Shown here piece by piece: positions 1 through 10,848 of a DNA stretch of 64,000 bases. Origin of the DNA: Raillietiella orientalis (taxonomy: Eukaryota); the NCBI GenBank assembly GCA_036172245.1, contig JAYWIR010000067.1:1-64000 (forward strand), given 5' to 3'. Every line of letters starts with the position of its first letter. The first letter of the stretch is position 1. Under the pieces are notes generated by a model, which ran no database searches, was not told the origin of the DNA, and was given only the letters and a program-made list of their open reading frames with translations. The translations under genes were made by a program, and so were the position numbers.

Positions 1-880
1 CCTTCTTCCGACCTCTCGCCTCTCCTCCACCTGATCCGCGGGAAATTCGAGTTCTCGAGTGGTAATGCTCATGTTCAAGGGTTCAGAGGTGTTGGCTACG
101 CTCATTCCTTTTTTTTTGGTGAGGGAGGTCATATTTGTTCTCTCTTTTATCTCTTCCAGCGTGCTCCTTCACATTTTGGATCTTGCATTTGCTGGGGGCT
201 TCGATGTGGTCCACCTGGCCACATCTCCGGCACTGGATGGAGGGTCACGCTTCCCTTAAGTTCTCCATTCCACCCCACTGATGCCATGCACCTCTTGCTT
301 TCCTACGTACCGCAAGCCGATGGATGCACCATCCAACTGAGGTATGTGAGAGAGTCGGTCGCTCTTTGAGCCGTAACGCGTGCCTGCTGTGCCCCGTTTG
401 GAACCCCACAATGGAGTTCGACGTGTACAAGATGGCATGCATAGTTCTCCCTGGGCGTCGATCATCTGGAGTCGAACGCGCTTGAGATGTTCCACGAATA
501 TCTACCGTCGATGAGAAGACTTTTGTCCTCCTGGTAATAGTGGTATGTATGGCAGTTGCTACGCAAGCAAGGCATCCTTGCAGGAGAGTCACCCATCCTC
601 TTCACTTCCATTCGGCTGAACTCGCTCCCGAGCTCATGTACGCCACCGATCAGCGTAGGGAAGGCTTGTATTTGTCGGCTCGTCCGGAAGGCGGCGCTTC
701 TTGTCTGGCTGCTGCTGCAGCCACACCATTCTACTTAAGCGCCGCACGAACGGCCGCCATTGCGCTGCTCTGTTCTATGGCCTCCTGTTGACCTGGGGGA
801 ACTTTTTGGCCTTCTTCAGGAGAGTCATACTGCACACAGGATCACTAAACAACACGAAACCACAAAACACGAGCCACGCT
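1..880 (-). mobile_element. Possible decayed non-LTR retrotransposon ORF1 (L1/Tx1-like) remnant
   Basis: Frameshifted fragments GVPNG..ARV and IGLRYVG precede a degenerate zinc knuckle QCRRCGQVDHIEAPS (about 190-236); T/G-rich leader near 830-880. Confidence 0.4.
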
Positions 881-3800
881 CCTCACCGGAGAGGGTGATC
901 CTCCAGCTAATGTCAACAACTCGGGCGACGAATATCTAACCGCGTCTGTCGACAATACCGAAGATTAAAGATCGACGACCCGAAAGGATTTGGCGCTTTT
1001 GAAGCCTCGCGCTGACCTTGATCGGTGCATAGCGATGACAAATGTGTCCTTGCGCGCGTTCTTCGCTCGGAGTTGGGGAGTCGTTAAGGACTTCTCGAGC
1101 AGGTTGCACTTCCCCTATGCAAACACTCAGCCATTGATTCGAGACCAGAGCTTTCCTTTGTCAGGCAACCCAGCCTGATTGACGGTCGACTATCGCAAGT
1201 GAAGGTTGGTCACCACTTCTGGAAACTCAACCACAAAGGTCTTCGTTTAGAGAGTATGCTGACTGGTGTGTCCAGTAGATTCTCCAGCTGTGTTGGATCT
1301 TGGAATAATTGGAGGAGATGCATTCGATTTTTCAATTGCTCTTATTCCCGGCTCAGTGTCCTTCCGATCTGGAGGTTTGCACACTGCAAACAGGATCGTA
1401 GCTGAGGAAGACGGCAAGTTTGGGATGGGACTCGGTCTCGCGTGTTCATTCACTGCCCTCGGCATTCTCTCCTGTGCAGTCGGCAACACGGCACAGTGCT
1501 TCACTGATTGAAGCCGACGATGGGAGCTAGCAAGCGGCTTCCTGCTCCAAGAAAACTCATCGCTGGATTGGAATTGCGTTTCCGTTTGCATCTGGCGCTG
1601 CGGAGAGGGAGAAGAATGGTTACCCTGGACGCTTTCTGTCTCTCCGAGAGCACCCCGGACGTGTTCAACAGTGCGAAGACGAAGGCCTCGCTGCTTTCCT
1701 GTCGACTGTGGATCTTCAGAAGACCATCAGAGCCTCATAGTTGGGAACTCTTGTCGAGAATGGAGTGATCTACGGCAAGTCCTGGGATCCCCCGAATGAA
1801 GAGGGAATTCTAGACATGAGAATCCTCGACAAAATGAGGCGCCTCGTGGCTTCCTCTAAGATTCGGTATGGCTGTTATATGCACTGGAGCCATAGACTGG
1901 GACATCCTCTCGATGAAGGAATCGTCGGGAATATCGATTTCCAAGAAGAACTGGTATCAACTGACCAATGATTTTTGGAAAGAATTCCACAACCTTATAC
2001 GAGAAAGACAAGAAAGTGAAGATATTCAGGATGGTAGTAAAGATAGTTGGTTGTAAAGGTGGTGGTATCTTCTATGCAACTCGCTTGCTCACTCAATAGG
2101 CGGGGTTGGTTCGCGTACGTCTTGGAATTGGCATCCCTTTCATACAATCATCATTCTTGGCGTTCAAGGATCACAGTGCTCTAACGATAATCACACTGAG
2201 ATTGAGTTTTTCAGAATGAAAGGAAGAGCTTAAAGCTTTCCCTCTTTTCGTTCACACCCTCCTTATTAAGGGAAAGAAATGGTCTTCGCAGACGTGTTCC
2301 GGGATCTCCGTTCCAGCACGATGCGCCGAAATCGGGTGGCGTCGCATAGCAGCAACGATCAGGGTCAGCTTCTGTCATGGATCTCGGCTTCGCGTCAGAG
2401 GGAAATTGTGTCTGCTACTCGTTGCAGGCAGCCGAAGAAGCAGTTCTCAGCTTCCAGTTAGTCGTATCTTGGCTAGATCATGTGGATGGCGGACGACGGT
2501 CCAACACTGCGCAAAGTAAAGATGGCACTCGAGGCAAACGGCGATCCTCAAGGAAGCCTCTTCAGCTGGTTTCTGTTCTCAATACAGGAGAGCTAACATC
2601 CTTCTCCTGTCCCGCGCCTGCTCTTTTTCACGCGCACTCGCTTAACCAGCCCACCGCTCTGTGGTTCTTGGAGTGACGGTATAGAAAGGAACGGAGCGAT
2701 CGTATTGCCTCCGGAACGTTCTTTCAACCAAAGATCGCGTGGTCATCTTGGCCTCCGGAACATCAGCCGCAAGCATTCTAGTTGTCGGAGGGAACTGACG
2801 TAGGCAGGGATGCAGAGCGGCATCCCTGCAAGCGGGGACCAGTCACGGACAAAGTGGAGGAGAGAGCGGCCGAACGACAGATGTGTCTGATCTCTCATCT
2901 GTGGAATCGTCATGTGACCTTCGATTACAGCAGAAGATCGCGCTCCGGTTCAAGAAGGAGAAGGCTAAAGGTCAGGAGACGAATATTGGATTGCAGGGAA
3001 ACGGTCCTTGACCAAAACGCATGAATCCCTGATCTCCTGACGCGTTTGCACCGCTCGAGAGCTGATACAGCGATGACAGAGAGAGGCAGAGACTTAAGGA
3101 AGATGAAAGGTGCGCGGGAATCCCGCTGCCTTTGCAGCTTCCTATCGGCGGATGCGTGAATTGTTCAGACAATCGAAGAAAAAGAGGCTGCATCCTCTCG
3201 CTGGTGCTGCTGCCGCGGCGGCAACACCAGCCGGAGGCATCCTAAAGGCGGAGATGCTTCTTTGGCGCCAGCAGCAGCAGTAACGGAGGGCAGGAAGAAT
3301 AGGAACGGTGCCATCGGCAAAGGCTTGGTTGCGGTCTCCCGAAGATAAAGAGCGAGCAGACGGGCAAGCGTGTCCCCACGTGGAAGTGCAGGGAACTGAA
3401 ATTCCGGCGGCTCCGAAGACCGGCCTTGGAACCGACCCTTCTGTGTAAGCGTGGTGGGAACCAGTGCCTGCTCGCGCTCGACGACGGGTGGTAGACTGCC
3501 ACCAGAGGCAAACAGAGAAAGGGGGGAGGAAGAAAATGCCCTTCGGTTCCCTGTTTGTTTGCCTTTTGGTAGTAAGGCTGCCTCTAGACATCTATACCAC
3601 TTTCAGCACATGGGGCATCCGTCCGGGCGGGAAATCCCAAGGGCAAAGAATGGGTCCCTCTGGAAGGGACCTCCTTGGGCACCAGGCAGCGATCCGAGGC
3701 GGTCCGCGATCCACTTGGCTGGTGGTCGTTGAGGAAACCTTGAAGAATCTCGATGTCGGCATGGGAACTATCGCTTTCCAGAAGCGGCCCGAGCACCAGA

Positions 3801-5469
3801 ATCTGTGATCGGCCGCTGGGAATGGCTGCGAGGGTGCCGATCCGCCTGCCTCCGAGCTGATGGAGTGATACGAAGACGACGCGAGCGCGGGGTCAAGAAC
3901 CCTCTTCCTTTCCATCTTTTCCTTTTGTCCTTTCTTGTTGCCTTCAGGAACGCTGGGGTTCTCTCTCTTATGCGTGCTGACCTTGTTTCTCGGCAAGGTC
4001 GCGGCGCGCCTTGCTAGGAAACCCGCGGCCACGTGAGATCACGGTCCTCACCGTGAGTTCGTCCTGCGGAAAACGAGACATAGGGAGAGGGGGTGGGGAG
4101 ATGCAGGAAGGGCGTCTCTCGCATCGTGGATGGATTAAGGAGGAAGTCCGGCTAAGCCCCGGAGACCCACTCCCCACTTTTCCTGCCCCCCCCCCCCTGT
4201 TTTTTTTTTTTTCTCGTCTACGAGGACGGCATACGGGTACCGCTGTGGGGCACCTTCGGACGTGGCCGACGTGAGCATGGCGTCGCCAGAGGGGAGACCC
4301 TTCTTCGTCCTTCGCTCTCCAGGGAGAGGGGGTAAGGGGGGAGCCATGGTTCTCGCCGGCAAGAAAAGCCGAGGAAGACCCGGCGACCGCGAGAGAACGG
4401 AGGTGCTGCAACCTCGCCGCTATGGGCCGGAGCGAGCCTGGAACCGCGCGGCGGGTTACGAGGCCGATGGCAACCGCGCAGGCTCCCTCACCGCCCGCCT
4501 TCTCCCATGGAGAGAGGGCTGTTCCTTCCTCTCCGAGAGCTGCGCCTTTCCAACGCGAGCAGCCTGGACGGGCCGGTTCGGAACGGGGAGAGGGTGGGGC
4601 CGGATCTTCCCGCACGGCCGCGACCAGATCACCAGCGGAGGACTCCGGGAGTGACCGGAAGAGCTTTTCCCGCCGCCGACCGGTTCCTATGCCGGGAAGG
4701 GAGGAAGAGGGGGGGAGGAGTAGATTAAGCTTTTCGAATGCTTCCCTCCTCCGAATCCTCCCCACGGCCCCTTGCCCCGGACGGCAAGGGCAACTCAGGC
4801 TTTGTTGGGGGTCCCTTTCCTCCTCTCCGGTGGGAGGTGCTGTGACCCGCGGGAACGAATCCTTCGAGGTGTCCGTGGCGGCGCGGTAGCAGCATTGGGA
4901 GAGGAGTCCCACGGGAGATGTTGGGGGTCACTGAAGATCCTTCCTTCCTCCTTCGTTCGTCTCGTTCCTTCCTGCAGGAATAGCGAGAGGGAAGGAAGGA
5001 GGGAAGAAAGCGGGCGTAGCCTCGCGGACTGCCTTTGGCAAGGTCGAGAGGACCGAGAGGAAGTGCTGGCGACGAGATTCGGGAAGTTGCGCCGCCGCCT
5101 GTCGCGCTTTCCCCGGGAGACGTCCGAGCAGACGCGCCGAGCGAGTGGCTCGCGCGGGGAAGCTAAGGGGCAGCTCGGAGGAGGCTGACCCTCAGGGAAG
5201 TGTCGAGCAGCGAGAGGGCTCGAGCCGGATGAGATGCCTTCCGGGGGGTCGGTCTGCACGGACAGTCGGTCAGCGTTGCCGCGCGACCCCCGCAACTTGA
5301 CTGGATGCAACGGACGTCGCCGCCCCATCCCACTGGGAGGTCCTGCGGAGGGCTCTCGGAATCCTGGGAACGGAACGCCCGTCCTGCCGCCCCACCATGG
5401 AGGAACCTACCGGGAGAGATGGCAGGAGGTGCTTGGTTCGCCCTCGGCCTTGGCGACAGTAGGGGGTTC

Positions 5470-6110
5470 GCCTGGGGGCCCACGAAGCGCTTGAACGCTG
5501 CCCACGCCACCCGGGGGTGCATGTAACTCTTCAGGTGAGGGGGTGACCCCGGACGGACCATCCTGTGAATCAGGGAGTGCTCCGGAGAAAGGAGAGAGCG
5601 TTCTTCCCTCACGCTTGGGAGGGGAAACCCGTAGGGAACCACCTCTTCCCTATTCCCTCTGAAGGGATCCCCAGAGTAAGCCGCTCGATGATTTCTTCTC
5701 CACTGGGAACCCTCAAGGGAACCGCTCCCTGCTTCCTCCTCCTCTGGAGAGAACCCCGAAGAAACGCTTCCCGATTTCTCTCTGAAGGGCGCTCTCCGAA
5801 AGGAGCAGTGCGCTTCTTGGGCACTTTGGAGGGGCAACCTCTGAAAGGGGGCATCGACCAGCTCCGTGGTAAGCGATGGAGGGTCTCCCCCCCCTAGGAG
5901 AAAGCCACAAGTCCATTTTCGCAAGTGAAGGGGGTTATTCCAGAGGGCTCCTCGATGTCCTGGAAGGAACCCCGGAAGGTGCATTGTCGATCTAGGCCAG
6001 TCGGCAGGGGCATACGGCTGGCTTCCACCGGTGCCTCACCCGAACAGGCCAACCAGTATCATCTTGCGGGGGAGGGGGACACCAAACCCTCCCTCGAGAC
6101 CGCGCTTCTG
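5470..6110 (-). mobile_element. SINE-like element copy with degraded head
   Basis: Minus-strand blocks CGCAAGATGATACTGGTTGGCC, CCTCCATCGCTTACCACGGAGCTGG and GGGTGGCGTGGGCAGCGTTCAAG. Confidence 0.65.
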
Positions 6111-7275
6111 CTGACCAGACCAGACCAGGATCAGCGCGAGCAGGGATGGCGCCCCAGGCGCGCGCCGACACGATTCCGGCCGGCCGAGCTCGTTGAGATC
6201 GTTGGAGCCTGTGCTCCAGGTGAGGCCGATAGGGAATAAATTCCCCCCTGGAAGTCGAGGGGTGCTCGAATCACAAGATGATTCAACTTCCCCTCCCTCC
6301 TCCTTCTCTCTTCCCCCCCCCCCCTCTCCCTCCGCGGAACGATCTCCCTGGATGTTGGGCAGGGAGCGACAGATCAGAATTAACGACCGCATCCCGAGTG
6401 GCAACGAGGGAGACAACGAGCCGCGGCAGCGGCTGATCCCGGATTCGTGGCTCCGCCACTTGCTGCAGATCGTGGGGACGCTCGCGCGCGCGCGCGCTGC
6501 GGAACTCAGGGCGATCCCTTCGTCCCGGAGGGCGACGCGTCCTTTTTCTTCGGAACAGACCGCTCGGATGGGCCCGGGGATGAGCGCGCGCGCGAGCGGC
6601 GGCGGAGAGACTTGGGAAGGAAGGAGGGGGAGGAAGCGGCGCTGTCCGTGCGCGCGCTCTGAAGCCCGCTGGTTTGCAAGATGCGGCACATCGAAAAGGG
6701 CGGGGAGGAAGGGGGAACCTCGGGTTTTCTCTCTGCGATCACTCGCAGCACTGGTGCCGGCACACTTTCGCACTTCGCGGAAGACTGCGTGCGCACGAGG
6801 ATGGGGAAGAGCAGAGAAACGGCCGCACTTGTGCACTGGGAAGGCATTGCTGTTATCGTCGCCATCAGTAAGCGTCGCTGTCATTGGGCGTCCACATTTC
6901 CATTGCTTTGATCGCAATCATCGTCGCTGGAGCTGCATTAATTATTGCCGCCACCGTTATCAGTTACTAAAGGCTTTGGCCCCCCCTCTATTGTCGTGTT
7001 TCCATGACCATGTCATCATCGCAGCTGTTTCCACGGTCGTCATTGTTATCCTTCTCGAAAGCGGTTTTATTCTATTGTAGCCGTCTCCATTGACATGTTA
7101 ACGTGGGTATTTTTATTGCCATAGAAGCTACCAACCCTGCTGCCATTGTTGCTGCCGCTGGCGCCATTGTCGATGTTATCGTAGTCGTCTTTCACTGTTG
7201 CCATCATGATTAACGCTATGATTCTTGCCTTGGCTACCGTCGCTTGCACTGCTACTATGAAGAGCGGGGTCACAG

Positions 7276-7303
<28 letters not shown>
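7276..7303. repeat. (GA)14 microsatellite
   Basis: Direct reading. Confidence 0.9.
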
Positions 7304-7306
<3 letters not shown>

Positions 7307-7843
7307 AGGGGAGACAAACCAAGCCCGGCTTCCCACTGCCTAGGTTGTCAGGGTTACGGTTCAGAGCTCCCTTCAGAGGCACGGAAGAGTCTCGGAGGAT
7401 ACCTCAGAGCCCTTCACGATTTTTCCAGCTCGCCGCGCCCTCATCGTCACTGGGGGAGGGGCAGTCCCGCCCAACGAAGGAGGTTGCTTGGCTTTCGTGG
7501 GACGCGCAGCTTTCGGCTGGCTTCCCTCTTCCGGGAGGCCCTTCGAGGACCGTCCGGAAGAGGCGAACCAGAGGCTGCCGAAGCAGAGGTCCGGCAGTCG
7601 TCTTTCCTTCTGACCTCTTCCGCACCTGCAAATCTTCCGGCTGGGGGAAGGTGCGGAAGGAGGCGTCCTCGGGCGCGCACAGCTCGGCCCCTGTAAACCG
7701 TCCCGAAGAGCCAGGCGGCGGGGCGTGCACACGCGGGAGGGGCCGCCGGGGGTCGCTTCTCCCTATCTGTTCCGTGGCGAGGGATTTTTTCTCGATCCCC
7801 CGGGCCGAGGGCGACGGAATCCGAGAACGGAACAGTCGCACCG

Positions 7844-7937
7844 CTCCTGCCATCCCGTCGGACGACCTCCTCTGCGGCGCGGTCAGCGGAGGAAAGAAGA
7901 GGCGCGCGCGTGAACTTCCAGACCACTGCCGCCTTCG
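7844..7937 (+). repeat. Direct repeat, copy 1 (partner 10725-10848)
   Basis: CTCCTGCCATCCYGTCGGACGACCTCCTCTGCGGCGCGGTCA...GGAGGAAAGAA.AGGCGCGCGCGTGAAC...CTGCCGCCTTCG in both. Confidence 0.85.
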
Positions 7938-10724
7938 TCGCAACGGAGGATGCGCCGCCTTGGAAACTCGCGCGGCTGGATTCCGCCTGGCGGCAGCTGG
8001 GCAGGGGAAGAGAAGGGAGCCAAAGGTCGCGGGGCAGGGCGAAACGCCACGCGTCCGGAGGGAGCGGACGTGTCGCCCTGCCCCGGAAATCCCGAACCGA
8101 TCGCGCTGGGCGGACGTCCCGCGTCCTCCCGCATCCGCTCTGCGAGGAAAGGGTCTGGCGGCGGCACGCACGCGGAGACGGGAGATCCGGGAGAAGCGAG
8201 GGATCGCCCGGAGCGCCCTGGACGGCGCGCCGAGGCGGTTGGTTCTCTTGTTGATTGGACTTCGGAACGCGGTCTCTCTCCCGCCGGAGAGGGGGATCCG
8301 GGACTCTTTCCCCCGCTCCTCCTTTGACGTTCCGAAGTTTCCCTGCATCCTCCCCTCCTCCCTCCCCCCTCTTTTTTTTTTCTGTCGCCGCGTCGCTCCG
8401 CGGCGCAAGGGGACGCCCTCCGCAGGAGAGTAAGAGGAAGAACCTCAGTGCAGTCGGAGGATGCCGGGGGGGGGCCTGGAAACCCAGCGACGTTTCCCTG
8501 ACAACCGCATCGCTGTCCGTGAGGCACCAAGCCCATGGTGGGCCGAACAGCAGAACGCTCGTAGGGCGTCCCATCCAGCTGGACCGTAGTGCTCCGTGAA
8601 ACCATAGACGTCCCTAGCCAGTTGGCATCTCCTGGCAACGGCAAGAAGCGTCGAGGATACATGTCCGCAAGCGGGCACCAGGGATGCGCTCAGAGCTGCA
8701 GCGTCTTGGAAACGGCTCGCGAACCGCGCTGCTGCTGTTCCCGGTTCGGTGGTTCGCTGTCACCCTCGTCGCAACAGAGGCGCTGCCTTGGAGACGTTCA
8801 CGGATAGATTCCTCCTAGCAGCGATTGGACGAGGGGAGGGATGGGAGCCAAAGGGACCACCACCTCGACCTGGAGGGGGGAGATGAGAAGGGGAGGTGAG
8901 GCGCAACAACCTGCTGCCGATGCTGAGAACCCTGCATCGCGAGATGAGTGGAAGAGTGGTCTCCGAAGACGAGCCGCTTTTCGGGAACCGCTTTTGCAAA
9001 TGGTGCCCGCAGGGGGGAGGGGGGGGCGGAACCAGTCCCCGCATCCCCGCACGGGACGGCAGCCGAGACGAGGGGAAAGGAGAGGAGGGAGATGTCCCCG
9101 CGCACCCCTTTACGAGACCCCGGGCACGCCCAGCGCCGAGCGGCGGGGATCCGACGAACGCAGGCAGACGGCGATCGGAGGAGCGCGCGTTGCGATCCCT
9201 GGAAGCGTCCGACCCACCGCCGCCTCGGGGAGAGGCGCCTCCACGGCGGCGGCTGCTGCTGGACTTCAGAAGAGGCGGCATCCTTCGGCGGCCGGTCGGC
9301 CCGCCGTCGCTCCCGGTAGACGGGCGCGGCAACCCGGGCAAGGTGTTTCCACACTTCGCGCGTTCGGCGGTCCTCGGACCCCCCTCGCATCGGCTGGGCT
9401 GTTTTCCCATGGACTCCGAAGAGCGAGAGGGAGAAAGAAAAGAGAAATTTGATGCATAATTCATCTGTTTTATCCGGAATTTTTATTGTTATCATAATCT
9501 CTTCCAGCCCTGATTGATGACTCACGTCATATGCATTTGTTTACTTGTCAATATCTGCATCTGATGAAAAATTGGATCCCTCGGAAGCATCTTTTTTTTT
9601 CATTTTTTTTTACATTTCAGCCTTCCGCAATTTTTTTTTTTCTTGCCTTTTCAACTCGCGCGCGCGTGTGTGCGGACGGAGGAAAGATACATCCTATCGG
9701 ATCGAAGAAAATCTTAGGGTTACTCGGTTTCCACGCAACGAAAATGCTGGGCGATAAAAAGTTCTCTCCGGGAAGAGAAGCATGCCGTCGACGTTTCGTT
9801 CCTCGCGTTCTTGAAATTCGGTCATCTTCGGCGCGCGTTCGCGGACGTCAACAGGTAACTCCGCAGGGTTGCCACCTTTCAGGAGGGGGAGGAGAGGGCA
9901 AAATTCCGCTTCCGGGAAGCATTCGGGAATTTCCATCAACTTCCGGGAAGTCGCCGGTTTCGAACGGGGGGGGGGTGAAATGGAAGCCAGGACGAACTGA
10001 ACGGGAATCCCGGATGCAAGGCGGAGCGGAGAGCGCACGGCAAACACCGTGGGTGATGCTGCGCGTTCCCGGCCAGAGGTGCTTCCCGGGAATCGCTGCA
10101 GAAACCAGTCTGGGTCATTCCCGACGCGGAAACAGGGAGCTGCGCGCGATCCCGTCACGACATCCACCTGATTTTTTCCCCGCGACGGATCGTTCCGCTG
10201 CCTGGGTGCAGGAGGATGCATCCCTGCTGACAGTCGTCGGCATCGCTGCGCCGTCTTCGGAGCGGTCCCCAGGAAGATCAGAGCGGCGCAGTCAGAGAAG
10301 TCAGAGAAGCTGGATGGGGTCGCTTCACCGCGCGCACGCTCATCACGAGCGGGCGCTCACAGAGGGAAGGAGGTCTTTTCCTTCGGCGGAAGATTCCTGC
10401 CTGGAGGCTCCCCTAACACGGCGGCGACAGGGAAAGAACCACAAGGAGGGGAGGGGCTATGAGATTCGAAGGAGGAATTTCGGGTCCAACGCGGACTTTC
10501 TTCTGGGACGCTTCTCTCTCAGCCTAGGAGATTGAAGGGGTCGCACGTCGACCCGCCGCCCCGGAAGGCATCGGACGTTGGACACCGCGTGCATTTTTCT
10601 TCTTTCCGCATTCCTCGAGAAGTTCGTAACGGAGACGTCTTTAGGGCATCCGAAAAGCGGGAACAAGAGAACCCGCCGGTCCGAAGGCAGAGGTTGCGGA
10701 TCCTGTGGGAAGACGACGACGTCC

Positions 10725-10848
10725 CTCCTGCCATCCTGTCGGACGACCTCCTCTGCGGCGCGGTCACCAGAGGTCCCTCCGTCCGCGCGCGGTCAGAGGA
10801 GGAAAGAACAGGCGCGCGCGTGAACCCTCCAGACCCCTGCCGCCTTCG
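10725..10848 (+). repeat. Direct repeat, copy 2, with an extra 29 bp
   Basis: As copy 1; the extra segment is bounded by a duplicated GCGCGGTCA. Confidence 0.85.
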
